Source of the DNA: a virus
DNA length: 64,000 bases
IMG/VR virus record: IMGVR_UViG_3300044464_000108
Span: 10,405 to 74,404 of that record
Strand: one strand, 5' to 3'
The notes under the pieces are model-generated. The model did not search any database and had not been told where the DNA came from. It was given only the letters and a program-made list of their open reading frames with translations. Positions 8,429 through 17,650 of the stretch are shown one piece after another (position 1 is the stretch's first letter; every line of letters begins with the position of its first letter). The position numbers and the translations under genes were made by a program.

Positions 8429-10923
8429 TGCCGTCTCGGCGAAGTACCCCGGCGGACGCACTTCGAGCGAACCGTGCGCGAGCTGCCGACCTCGCGCAAA
8501 AGGTCGGGGTGCAGAAGGTTCAGTCGATGTTGCAGCGCGCAAACGACGACCTCGAGAAACGGCTGCATGAGGCAACACAACTCCGGGGACGCGGCGAAGA
8601 AACGTTCTCGGTAACGCAGATGCGCGCGACCGTCGCGCAAGTGAAGGACACGCTTCGGTCTCTCACAACGGGGATGAAGGGGCTCATTCTGGATCAGGGG
8701 CAAGCGGCGGTGACGGCCGAAGTCTCGGGAACGCTTCGCTACCTGAACGCGGCCGAGCGGGAGTTTCGCGGCGTCAATCAACGGCTGCAGCTACCCGAGG
8801 CGGGCATTCTCGACACGGCACAGAGCGGCGTCGAGACGAGCTTGCTCCGAAGGATCGCGACGGACCCCTCGCACCCCGGACATGTCGGCGTCTTGAACCG
8901 CTACGGCGCGAACGTGATCGGAAACTTCGAGCAAGAGTTGCAGCTCAAGCTCTTGGCGCGGAAGCCGTGGGACGAAGTGCGCGCGGGGCTCGTCGAGCAA
9001 TCCCCCTTCTTGCAGGGTGCGCCGGCTCATTGGGCCGAGCGCATCGTTCGCACCGAGTCGATGTACGCGAGCAACCGGGCTGGGTGGGAAGCCACGCGCG
9101 CGGCGAACTCCGAGCTCGGGGACATGGTGAAGATCCTGTGCGCGACGTTCGATGATCGAACGGGCTCCGATTCGATCGCGGTGCACGGCCAGATCCGACG
9201 GCCGAATGAAGCCTTCGAAAGTTGGTTTGGCGCCTATCAGCATCCGCCGAATCGCCCGAACGATCGCGAGACCGTCGTTCCGCATCGCATCTCGTGGCCG
9301 ATCCCCGACACGCTCAAGCCTCGGAGCGACGGGGAAGTAGCGGCTCGATGGTTTCAGGAGAAGCGTAAGGGAGCGCCTCCCGGTCGACCCCTCATGTCGA
9401 CGGTGGACGTCTCGCTCTTCGGTCGGCAAGAACCCCCGAAGCTCGAGCGGAAGCAACCGGAGCTACCGCAGCAAGCCGCGCCGCAACCTGAAGTGATTGC
9501 TCCGGCCGAAGGCGCGACTCCGATCGCATCGCCGGAAGTCGTGAGCTCGAGTCCGGCACCCGTTGCACCCGAGCCGAGCGAACCGCAAGCGCCCGAAGCT
9601 CAAGCGGAGCGTCCTCGTGTGCTGCCGCGCTTCCGAAACGAAGCGGCTCGCCGTCGTTATGCCGAAGGGCAGCTCGATCAACTCCCGAGGCTCCCGCCAG
9701 AAGAAGCCGGCGACGACATCATCGTGCGGCATCGGTTCGAGACGAAGAGTGAGGCCTTCGACGAAGCCACGCGCGATCGACTCGAGAGCATCGCGAACGA
9801 TCTCCGTAAGCTCGAGAAAGCCGACGAAGCGCCGCTACCGCGGAACGTGCGCATCGAAGATCTGATCGCGACGCAACCCGATGTCCGATCGGTGCACGTG
9901 CTCGAAGACATCAACCGAACGAATGCACCCGTGCCCGTTGTCGTGCGGCAAGGCGGGAAGCTTTACGTTCAAGAAGGGCTCGAGACGCTCGTCGCTCGTG
10001 ATCTCGCGGGGCATCGCACGGCACCCGTGCACATCATCAATCTCGACACGAAGACACCCTTCAAGGCGCGACCCAAACCGCCGGCTCCGACCCCTCCCCC
10101 TGCCGAAGAGGAGAAGGGGATCCCGGTCAAGAAGGTGCCGGCGAAGGATTATGTCGAGCACCTAAAAAAGTATGTCAAAGGGCGTCCAAAAGCTGTCGAG
10201 GTCTTCGGCGATGTTGCGAAGCATGCACAGCAGATATTCGGCGAACACGCTCCAACTCTCGAGACGCTCGAATCAACTTGGGGGTGCGAACACACGGGGC
10301 ACACCGTGCAGGTACAAAAGGTGTCTTCGAGTCATTGGGGTGCCACGGTTGAGATTCAATACGAAGGCGCGATCATGCGCGAAGGTCGTGAGGTTGGATC
10401 CATAATCCGCACGTTCAAGAAGCACCCAACGGGTCGATTCGAAGTGCATCACGATTACTTCAAGCTCGATGTAGCCGGCGAGCAGGGCAAGGGGCTTGGC
10501 GAGTCGATGATGCGGCAGGCGATTCAGACGTACGACAAGATCGGCGTGCATGACGTCACGGTCGATGCGGCATGGATCGGCCGGTATACGTGGGCGTCGT
10601 TTGGCTACAACTGGGATGCCGAGGAAGCGAGCAACCGCGAGTTCGGTCTTTGGAATTACTTGAAGGACAAGGGGATCGAAAGGGATCGAGCTGCTCGAAT
10701 CGCGAAGCAAGTTGCTCATCGCGCGTGGGATGTCGCGGGACTCGATGTCGATGGCATCCGAGTCGAAGCGATGGTCAATACCGGTGGGAAAACGAAGCTC
10801 ATACCGGACATGACGGTCGGCAAGGCGTTCATGCTCGACAAGGGCATGTGGAGCGGAAAGCTCGTGATCAACAACAAGAACGATCCGAGCTACCTCCGCG
10901 CGAAGTCGCGCCTCAAGCTTTAA
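8425..10923 (+). CDS. MuF/gp7-like head morphogenesis protein with ParB-like and GNAT-like C-terminal domains
   Basis: MuF motifs AERIVRTESMYASN, FDDRT and HPPNRPNDRETV; Pro-rich linker; VRIEDLIATQ...PVVVRQGGKLYVQEG (ParB-like); EQGKGLG...YTWASFGY (GNAT-like). Confidence 0.8.
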   Translation: MMPSRRSTPADALRANRARAADLAQKVGVQKVQSMLQRANDDLEKRLHEATQLRGRGEETFSVTQMRATVAQVKDTLRSLTTGMKGLILDQGQAAVTAEVSGTLRYLNAAEREFRGVNQRLQLPEAGILDTAQSGVETSLLRRIATDPSHPGHVGVLNRYGANVIGNFEQELQLKLLARKPWDEVRAGLVEQSPFLQGAPAHWAERIVRTESMYASNRAGWEATRAANSELGDMVKILCATFDDRTGSDSIAVHGQIRRPNEAFESWFGAYQHPPNRPNDRETVVPHRISWPIPDTLKPRSDGEVAARWFQEKRKGAPPGRPLMSTVDVSLFGRQEPPKLERKQPELPQQAAPQPEVIAPAEGATPIASPEVVSSSPAPVAPEPSEPQAPEAQAERPRVLPRFRNEAARRRYAEGQLDQLPRLPPEEAGDDIIVRHRFETKSEAFDEATRDRLESIANDLRKLEKADEAPLPRNVRIEDLIATQPDVRSVHVLEDINRTNAPVPVVVRQGGKLYVQEGLETLVARDLAGHRTAPVHIINLDTKTPFKARPKPPAPTPPPAEEEKGIPVKKVPAKDYVEHLKKYVKGRPKAVEVFGDVAKHAQQIFGEHAPTLETLESTWGCEHTGHTVQVQKVSSSHWGATVEIQYEGAIMREGREVGSIIRTFKKHPTGRFEVHHDYFKLDVAGEQGKGLGESMMRQAIQTYDKIGVHDVTVDAAWIGRYTWASFGYNWDAEEASNREFGLWNYLKDKGIERDRAARIAKQVAHRAWDVAGLDVDGIRVEAMVNTGGKTKLIPDMTVGKAFMLDKGMWSGKLVINNKNDPSYLRAKSRLKL

Positions 10924-11194
10924 GCCGTATGCCCATCTCAAAGCGGCTCAAGATGTCGACTCGACTCGAGTGCCCTTTCGGGATGCACTCCCCCGCGCGC
11001 TTGATCAGATCTTCGATGGCGTCAGGAGTGAGCTTCTTCTCTCGCCCAAGGCCGACGGCTTCTTCGAAGAGCCAACCCAACGTGTCCCAATCGGGTTGTC
11101 CTTCGGTCGCGTTGGCATAGTCCGCCGAAGCTTCGAGCTCGACGGCTAGATCGTTGTCGCCCTTCCCACGTTCCCGTCTTGCGTTTTTGCTCAT
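10913..11194 (-). CDS. Small acidic helical protein convergent on MuF
   Basis: ATG at 11194 lies 6 nt after a CATCAT -10-like box within GGCGTCATCAT; protein-like sequence DWDTLGWLFEEAVGLGREKKLTPDAIEDLIKRA. Confidence 0.55.
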   Translation of the reverse strand: MSKNARRERGKGDNDLAVELEASADYANATEGQPDWDTLGWLFEEAVGLGREKKLTPDAIEDLIKRAGECIPKGHSSRVDILSRFEMGIRLKA

Positions 11195-11200
11195 GATCCC

Positions 11201-11512
11201 ATGATGACGCCGGGGAGCGCCCCTTACGGAAGCGCGATCTTCCGTGCTACCTCTTCTTGCATGAAACCGTTCAAGATCACGCAACCGGGGGAAGCGGGGA
11301 TCGGCCGAGCAGCCGACGGAAAGTTCACGCGCATCGTTCCGCCGGGCCCTCAGCGAATCATGAAAGAGGCGACCGAGCAGGGGCTTGATGTCGACCGTGT
11401 GATCAGCGAACGGCGAGCGCCCGACCACGCGGTCCCAAAGGGCAACCCGTTAAGCACCGGGCCCGAGGGTGGGCCGGTGAACGACGCGAACAAGAAACCA
11501 TTCAGGATTTAG
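11201..11512 (+). CDS. Hypothetical protein
   Basis: ORF in head module; the true start may be the ATG at 11261. Confidence 0.45.
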   Translation: MMTPGSAPYGSAIFRATSSCMKPFKITQPGEAGIGRAADGKFTRIVPPGPQRIMKEATEQGLDVDRVISERRAPDHAVPKGNPLSTGPEGGPVNDANKKPFRI

Positions 11513-11520
11513 GAATTCCT

Positions 11521-11540
11521 TCGGAAGATCGATCTTCCGA
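11521..11540 (+). repeat. 20-bp palindrome copy 2 (forward, intergenic)
   Basis: attcct-TCGGAAGATCGATCTTCCGA-gg. Confidence 0.95.
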
Positions 11541-11559
11541 GGATTGAGGAGTAGCAACA

Positions 11560-11870
11560 TGGGTGACGGAAAAACGAGCCCTTTCGGCAACGGCAAGGGC
11601 GGAATGGGAGGCGGCAGCATGGGCAAGGGCAATGACTTCGTAACGAACCCCGGCGGCAGCGGCTCGAGCGGACAGAAGCCGCGCGACTTCGTAAACGCCT
11701 CGCGTCCGCAGTCTTCGGGCGGTGACACCACGATCAACACCGAGACGATTCCCGAAGGTGGCATCCGTTTGCAGGCGGATCCGAAGGGGGACGACAAGGG
11801 CAACCCGATCGGAACGACGGCGAGCTCCGACGGCGGGACTCGCAAACCCCCGTTCAAGTTGAACGGTTGA
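11560..11870 (+). CDS. Gly-rich, probably disordered protein
   Basis: SD GAGGAG before ATG 11560; internal DFVTNP/DFVNAS repeat. Confidence 0.6.
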
Positions 11871-11874
11871 ACCC

Positions 11875-12282
11875 ATGGGACAGATCAACGTAACGGGAGC
11901 ACTCGTCGCGGGGCCGCCGGCCTCGGGCGAAGTCTTTCCCGGAGCATCGTCGAACATCCCGCTTTCGCTCGCATCCAATCCCAAGATCGCGGGCGTTATG
12001 ACGGGTTGCCTTACGAGGCTCATCGCGAGCCCCGGGGGCTTCGTTACGTTGAGCGGCGTCGGAGCAACCGACACGGTAACGCACGGCGATACCCTTTATC
12101 TGAAGTGCGATGCGGAGCTTTCCGTTCGGCTCACGCAAGACGATGGGCTTGGCGGGAACGTGGTCTCGACTCTGTTTTTGAGCGGAGCGAACCTCTTGGA
12201 GTTCTCGCCGACGAAGTTTCTCAAGCTGCTCGAGGTAAAGGGGACCGCAACGATCGAGTATTTCGTTTCAGGTTTGATCTGA
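11875..12282 (+). CDS. Probable head decoration/structural protein
   Basis: Beta-rich 135 aa ORF in the head module, tightly packed. Confidence 0.55.
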   Translation: MGQINVTGALVAGPPASGEVFPGASSNIPLSLASNPKIAGVMTGCLTRLIASPGGFVTLSGVGATDTVTHGDTLYLKCDAELSVRLTQDDGLGGNVVSTLFLSGANLLEFSPTKFLKLLEVKGTATIEYFVSGLI

Positions 12283-12313
12283 CGTTTAACACCCATTCCG
12301 GGGAGATATCGAC

Positions 12314-13018
12314 ATGAGTGCTTTCAAAGATTCGATGAACCGAGCGGACCTCAATACGGTGGCCGATCAGCTTCGTACGGTGAAGCTCGGCAAGCTTTTG
12401 CGCGGGCAGCTTCCGCAAGTGATCCGCAAGTCCGTACCCGTGCTCGATGGCGCACAGCTCGCGACGTTGACGTCGAACGTGCTCCCGAACGATGCCAAGG
12501 CTTGCACTGTCATTCGTGCGAACGGCCGAAGCATCGGCGGCGGTGGTTCGGGCACCATCGGAGCGGACCTTGCGATTCAAGCCTACGGCGCGACCCCCGG
12601 TGCAAACCAGATCGCGGTAGCCCCGAACGGCGACATCGTGACTCTCGCGGCCGACAAGTGGACGGATCTCGACATCACGTACCTTCCCGAGCGTGGGGAT
12701 GTGGTCGTACTGCCCGAGCTTCCCGTTGCAGTCGGCTTGCTGACTCTGCCGTCGATGGTGCTCGATGCGGCCGGGACGAGCCGCGCGATCTACTTGATCA
12801 ACGCGGTCGTGACGGCCGGCACGGTGACGGGTCGCAAGATCATCCTGGTGCCTGCCGCGGGTTTGCCGGCGACGACCAAAGCGCAGATCCACACGAACAA
12901 GCTGCAGGTGCAGTTCAACAACGCGACGGACGCGCCGACGAAAGCCGTCGTGACGTTGCTCATAACGGCAGCCGACGATCTCGGGGCTATCCTCGAAGGT
13001 GCAGACTCGGAGCTCTAA
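12314..13018 (+). CDS. Probable head decoration/structural protein
   Basis: SD GGGGAG; Ala/Val/Thr-rich; lies just before the scaffold gene. Confidence 0.6.
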   Translation: MSAFKDSMNRADLNTVADQLRTVKLGKLLRGQLPQVIRKSVPVLDGAQLATLTSNVLPNDAKACTVIRANGRSIGGGGSGTIGADLAIQAYGATPGANQIAVAPNGDIVTLAADKWTDLDITYLPERGDVVVLPELPVAVGLLTLPSMVLDAAGTSRAIYLINAVVTAGTVTGRKIILVPAAGLPATTKAQIHTNKLQVQFNNATDAPTKAVVTLLITAADDLGAILEGADSEL

Positions 13019-13051
13019 TCGAGCTCGGAAAACGTTCGGGAGGACGAGACC

Positions 13052-13996
13052 ATGGTTCTTGATCAACAGACAGCAGCCGGAGCGCAGGGAGGCGCGACGG
13101 CTCCAAAAACCCAATTCGTCGGATCAGCAACAGGGATGAGCTTCGCGCATGCCGCGACTGATCCGACAGCCGAGCCGGCAGAGACGGTCGTCGAGACAGC
13201 GACCGAACCCACAACCCTCGCGACCCCACCCAAGAGCGTTCTTACGGCGGACCTTCCCCCGGAAGCGCTCAAGGCTCGTCTCGAGCAGACCCGCAAGACG
13301 GCATCCGCGGAAGCGCGAGCGGCAGTCCTTCGCGAGCTCGGGATCGAAGATCCAGCAGCCTTTAAGAAGGCGCAGATCGACAAGGAAGCGGAGCTCAGGA
13401 AGTACAAGGAAGCCGAAGAGAAGCGACGTCGCAACGCGATGACGGAAGCCGATCGGCTCAAAGTCGATCTCGAGAACGAACGAAAGAAGAAGCTCGAGCT
13501 CGAGTCGAAGCTTGAAGCGCTCGAAGCGCAGCAAGTCAGTCACGAGCAAGAGATCGTTGTTCGCGAAGCGGCCGTCGAATACGTCGATCCGGAGATGTAC
13601 GACTTCGCAAAGTCGAAGTTCTCGTCTCACGTCAAAGCGTTGATGCAGGAAGAAGGGGGTGCCGAGAAGGTTGCGGCGTACTCGGTTCGCGACGTGAGCC
13701 GGTTCTTTCGTGAGCTCGTGCGGAAGTATCCCAAGCTCGCGAAGGCCGATCCCGAGGACGCGAAACCGGAAGCGAAAGTCGAAGTGAAGATGCCCGTCGT
13801 TCCTTCCCGACCGCCTATCCGTCGGCCTCTCACGAACGGGGCACCTCCCCCGCGTCTTGCTCCGAAGCCGCCGGCACCTGTTCAATCCGCCGGCACGAAC
13901 GCGAACGGCAAGACGTTCAAGCCGGGCCAAAAGAACTCGATGAGTCGGCAAGAGCTCTCCGCAGAGCTCAAAAAGCGCGGACTCAAGTCCTGGTAA
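13052..13996 (+). CDS. Capsid scaffolding protein
   Basis: SD GGGAGG; charged coiled coil (KYKEAEEKRRRNAMTEADRLKVDLE) and Pro-rich tail; directly upstream of the major capsid gene. Confidence 0.75.
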   Translation: MVLDQQTAAGAQGGATAPKTQFVGSATGMSFAHAATDPTAEPAETVVETATEPTTLATPPKSVLTADLPPEALKARLEQTRKTASAEARAAVLRELGIEDPAAFKKAQIDKEAELRKYKEAEEKRRRNAMTEADRLKVDLENERKKKLELESKLEALEAQQVSHEQEIVVREAAVEYVDPEMYDFAKSKFSSHVKALMQEEGGAEKVAAYSVRDVSRFFRELVRKYPKLAKADPEDAKPEAKVEVKMPVVPSRPPIRRPLTNGAPPPRLAPKPPAPVQSAGTNANGKTFKPGQKNSMSRQELSAELKKRGLKSW

Positions 13997-14006
13997 GCTC
14001 CGACGG

Positions 14007-14258
14007 GTGGACACTTCCGCCCGGTACTACCTCGACAGAGACGGCGATGTCGTTCTCTTCCGCTACACCGAAGACCTCCGCGTAGACGATCACGTCGCAG
14101 AATCCGACGAGGGGAAAACTACGCACGTTTACCCCTTTGATTCGACCGAAGAGGGGTGCAGCTTTTGTCACGAAGGTCGATGCGTGCAGCGTGTCGAATG
14201 GCTTCCGAAGTTCGGAACAGCGACCGTTGTGCATGCCTCTCACGACGAGCTTGACTAG
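14007..14258 (+). CDS. Small hypothetical protein between scaffold and capsid genes
   Basis: GTG 7 nt after TAAGCT; contains a CSFCH..RC motif. Confidence 0.5.
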   Translation: MDTSARYYLDRDGDVVLFRYTEDLRVDDHVAESDEGKTTHVYPFDSTEEGCSFCHEGRCVQRVEWLPKFGTATVVHASHDELD

Positions 14259-14402
14259 ACGAATCTGAAAACTTCGTGATACGTCTTTCAGCGTCACCGA
14301 AACGCGAGAGCTCAAGAGTCACGTGCCGCCGACGGTCAACGGGCGATTCCTCGAGATGCTCCCCGTGAAGGCTTCAGCCACACCACACGGAGGATTGATC
14401 CA

Positions 14403-15803
14403 ATGGCCGTCTCGAATCTTGTGCTCGGCGTTCCGCCGGCGATTTTGAATCTGATCCAAGAAGGTTTGCTCGAGCGCGCGTTCCACGACGGGCTTTTCCC
14501 GGCGCTGCAGTACCGAGCCGAGGCACAAGACGAAGAGTGGGGTGCAAACAGCGGCACCGAGATCTTCATGTCGCGACCGGGCTTGCTTGCTCCGGTTACG
14601 ACTCCACTCCTTCCCGGCGTCGATCCGACTCCGCAAACCGTGAGCTATGAGCAGTGGGGCGCGAGGCTTCAGCGCTTCGGCGGGACGATCGATACGCACA
14701 TCCCGACAAGCGTTGTCGCGAACGCCGATCTGTTCCTGAGGAACATAAATCAGCTCGGGTTGCAGGCGGGACAGTCACTCAACCGACTCCCGCGCAACGT
14801 GCTCTTTCAGACTTACCTGCAGGGGCAGACGTGTCTGATTGCGGCGGCAGTTGCCGGCGATACCTCGATTCGCGTGGCGTCTTGCAACGGCTTCTCGACC
14901 GTCGTGACGAAGGGCGTGAACGTCCGGCCGGCGAACGTTTCGGCTGCAGCTCCGCTTTCGATCACGATCGCGGGTGTCACGGGTACCCGCAACGTGGTCG
15001 GTGCAGTGCCCGACAACCCGGACGACGGCAACGGCCCGGGAACCCTCTTGCTCGATGCTGCCGTTGGCGGTGCCGGTGCAGCGAACCGCGCGTCGGTTCT
15101 CTCGGTTGCAGCACCTCGGATCATCCGCTCCGGCGGTGGAACGAGCGTCGATGCCATCACGGCCGGCGACACGTTCACCCTGCAGGACATCATCAACGCG
15201 GTGAACCGTCTGCGGAAGAACAACGTCCAGCCGCACGAGGATGGGCTCTTTCACGCGCACATCTCGACCGACGGCAACAACCAAGTGTTCGCCGACCCCG
15301 CATTCCAGCGGCTCAACACGGCGCTTCCCGACGGCATCTACTACCGCGAAGCGTTCATTGGAACGATCGCCGGGTGCGCGTTCTTCTTGAACAATGAGAA
15401 CCCCGAGCCGGGCAACGCCGGCACGCGTGTCGCGACCGGCACGAGCGCCTTCTACTCGACGGACATTGGCGCCGAGACCACGAACAACAGCGGCGTGAAC
15501 ATCGCTCGCATCCTCGTGACGGGGCGCGGTGCGCTGTATGAAAAGTGGCTCGACGAGAAGAAGTACGTCACCGAAGCCGGCATCACCGGCAAGGTTGGCG
15601 AATTCCAGATCGTCAATGCAGGGATCGAAGTTCAGACGGAGCGAATCCGTCTCATCCTCCGCGCGCCGCTCAACCGCTTGCAGGATGTCATCGCGGCGAC
15701 GTGGAGCATCACCACGTCCTTCCCCGTGCCGAGCGACGTATCGGCCGGCGGGCCCGAGCTCTTCAAGCGCGCGATCTGCATCGAGCATGCTGCCGATAGC
15801 TGA
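14403..15803 (+). CDS. Major capsid protein
   Basis: SD GGAGGA; follows the scaffold; HK97-fold-type segments (TLQDIINAVNRLRKNNVQPHEDGLFHAHI, GTIAGCAFFLNN); followed by a strong terminator. Confidence 0.85.
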   Translation: MAVSNLVLGVPPAILNLIQEGLLERAFHDGLFPALQYRAEAQDEEWGANSGTEIFMSRPGLLAPVTTPLLPGVDPTPQTVSYEQWGARLQRFGGTIDTHIPTSVVANADLFLRNINQLGLQAGQSLNRLPRNVLFQTYLQGQTCLIAAAVAGDTSIRVASCNGFSTVVTKGVNVRPANVSAAAPLSITIAGVTGTRNVVGAVPDNPDDGNGPGTLLLDAAVGGAGAANRASVLSVAAPRIIRSGGGTSVDAITAGDTFTLQDIINAVNRLRKNNVQPHEDGLFHAHISTDGNNQVFADPAFQRLNTALPDGIYYREAFIGTIAGCAFFLNNENPEPGNAGTRVATGTSAFYSTDIGAETTNNSGVNIARILVTGRGALYEKWLDEKKYVTEAGITGKVGEFQIVNAGIEVQTERIRLILRAPLNRLQDVIAATWSITTSFPVPSDVSAGGPELFKRAICIEHAADS

Positions 15804-15838
15804 TTACTAAAAGTCTGCGGGTGATTCCTAGCCCCGTG

Positions 15839-15884
15839 GCCCTCGGCTCTTGATCCCCCCATCAAGAGCCGAGGGCTTTCGTTT
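15839..15884 (+). terminator. Rho-independent terminator
   Basis: 16-bp perfect stem GCCCTCGGCTCTTGAT / ATCAAGAGCCGAGGGC with a C6 loop, followed by TTTCGTTT. Confidence 0.85.
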
Positions 15885-15926
15885 GTCTGTTGATCGGTGC
15901 AAGACTGCAGCGGGAGGTTTCAAACC

Positions 15927-16286
15927 ATGGCACGTGCAGCGATCAAAAAAGATGAAGAGCGGGTAACGATCTTGAATGCGACGGCTCCGGCCGAATTGCC
16001 TGAGATCGATGCGTCGGAATTGGTGTCGACGAACGAGGTTGTCGGCGATGCGACGAAGCGGAACAAGCCGGTCCCGAAGTCGGAAGAAGTGGTTGTGAAG
16101 CGATATCGCGTGACGCGCGTACCGGCGAGCGGGATGGTTCTGTCGAACAACAACCGATGCCGCATGCCGATCGGCAAGATCCTCGATGGTCGGAGCTACA
16201 ATCTTCGAGAGCTCCACAATCAAGGCGTCGGGCTCGAAGAGGTGCGCGAAGAGCCGCAAGAGACCTCAAGTCTCAACCTCGACTGA
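15927..16286 (+). CDS. Hypothetical protein
   Basis: SD GGGAGG; position typical of the small gene after the major capsid gene. Confidence 0.6.
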   Translation: MARAAIKKDEERVTILNATAPAELPEIDASELVSTNEVVGDATKRNKPVPKSEEVVVKRYRVTRVPASGMVLSNNNRCRMPIGKILDGRSYNLRELHNQGVGLEEVREEPQETSSLNLD

Positions 16287-16309
16287 GCTCACGCGGAGGA
16301 AGTTGAATC

Positions 16310-16705
16310 ATGCCCCTTACCGAACAAGAGAAGGTCCGGACCCGCGATCACATGGGTTACTTGAACGTCGTCGATGTGCAGACCTTCGTTCTCGGAACAC
16401 CGGCAGCCGTGGAAACGCAGTTCCTGATCGAAGGGGCGATGAACAAGGTTCTCGAGCACGCTCTGCCGTTGTTCCGGCAGATCTTGGCTAAGTGCGACCT
16501 GATTCTCGAGCAGAAAGTCGACGACTTGGAGAACCTTGCGGTGGATGAGCTTGGGGACATCAAGCTTCGAAAAGATGAGCAGGCGCGGCTCGATGATCAA
16601 TACGACTATTGGGTCGCGAAGCTCGAGAACATGCTTGGAGTGCCTCGGAACCCGTTCGATAAAACGAGGATGGGTCGGGGGATCAACGTGGCGGTTATGG
16701 GTTGA
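16310..16705 (+). CDS. Head-tail adaptor-like protein
   Basis: SD GGAGG; MPLTEQEKVRTRDHMGY is a helical adaptor-like pattern; synteny. Confidence 0.6.
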   Translation: MPLTEQEKVRTRDHMGYLNVVDVQTFVLGTPAAVETQFLIEGAMNKVLEHALPLFRQILAKCDLILEQKVDDLENLAVDELGDIKLRKDEQARLDDQYDYWVAKLENMLGVPRNPFDKTRMGRGINVAVMG

Positions 16706-16710
16706 GTCCT

Positions 16711-16730
16711 TCGGAAGATCGATCTTCCGA
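16711..16730 (+). repeat. 20-bp palindrome copy 3 (forward, intergenic)
   Basis: agtcct-TCGGAAGATCGATCTTCCGA-gg. Confidence 0.95.
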
Positions 16731-16740
16731 GGCGGGAGGA

Positions 16741-17061
16741 ATGATGATGCGAATTCAATACTTGCGAGCGGGCTTTTCCGTTGCAGCGGTGGTCTTCGCG
16801 ACCATGGCGATCGGTGCAACCTATCAAGGCATGCTGGGATGCACGCCACACGAGGTCAATCAGGTCGCAAAGACCGTGACGGATGCAGCATGCACGGAGC
16901 TCGAGATCATTCGGCCAAACAACACCGTGAAAATGGTGTGTGTGGTCGCGACCGAGCTCGAGCACTTGGTCGATATCCTTGGAGTCGAAAAGGTCCAAGC
17001 GATGGCAAAGACTCCCGAGGGCAAGGCGCTGATTGTGGCGCTCGCTCGAAAGGGGATCTGA
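16741..17061 (+). CDS. Predicted lipoprotein/membrane protein
   Basis: SD GGGAGGA; hydrophobic N-terminus ending in MLGC. Confidence 0.55.
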   Translation: MMMRIQYLRAGFSVAAVVFATMAIGATYQGMLGCTPHEVNQVAKTVTDAACTELEIIRPNNTVKMVCVVATELEHLVDILGVEKVQAMAKTPEGKALIVALARKGI

Positions 17062-17062
17062 C

Positions 17063-17650
17063 GTGCCGCGACCCCGACCTCTTACGCCTTCCCAAGCGAA
17101 GAAGACCCTTGCGGCCAAGTTCGCCGGCAGGAAGGGAAAGGTCGGACTCGCCGATAGATTGCGGCAGCTCAACACGAAGTTTGGGATCAGGTCGAAGCGG
17201 GTCTTTCTTGTTTGGACCCGCTTCGACGGCGCCGAGACGGGGGAGGGACAAGAGACCCGGCTTGCGGAGGTCGAGCTTTTGCCGACCCCGAAGATCGCCG
17301 ATCTCTCGAGCGTGGCGCTCAACCCGTACAGCGTCGGAACGATCCCTATCGGAAGCATCCGTGTCACCGAGGTGAGCGCGGGGCAGTACACGCTCGACGA
17401 CCTCATGGGAGAGATCATCCCGGGGCTCACGACGCGCCTAGCCGAGATGCCCGAGGTGAGCTTTTTTTACGAAATGCGCGAGGACGGGCGCGGCGACGAT
17501 CCTCCTTCGCGTGATCGGTTTCGTTTGGTGTCGCAACCGAACCGCGACGAAGGCGGGGTTCAATGGCAGTTCATTCTCGAGCGCTCGAGTCAGGATCGAT
17601 CGCGCGCGGGCTTGAGCACGTACGGGTCCGGCGGTTGGCGGCAAGTGTGA
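17063..17650 (+). CDS. Head closure/stopper-like protein
   Basis: GTG at 17063 after the upstream TGA; beta-rich; synteny. Confidence 0.55.
   Translation: MPRPRPLTPSQAKKTLAAKFAGRKGKVGLADRLRQLNTKFGIRSKRVFLVWTRFDGAETGEGQETRLAEVELLPTPKIADLSSVALNPYSVGTIPIGSIRVTEVSAGQYTLDDLMGEIIPGLTTRLAEMPEVSFFYEMREDGRGDDPPSRDRFRLVSQPNRDEGGVQWQFILERSSQDRSRAGLSTYGSGGWRQV

Noticed and set aside
7208-8578. Long antisense ORF (456 aa) and similar ones at 33330-34682, 50142-51293, 14775-15788 and 35818-36990
   Set aside because: These are shadow ORFs opposite well-supported genes in GC-rich DNA, Arg-rich and without recognisable motifs.
14260-14400. Structured RNA or tRNA upstream of the major capsid gene
   Set aside because: No cloverleaf or recognisable riboswitch consensus could be established by eye.
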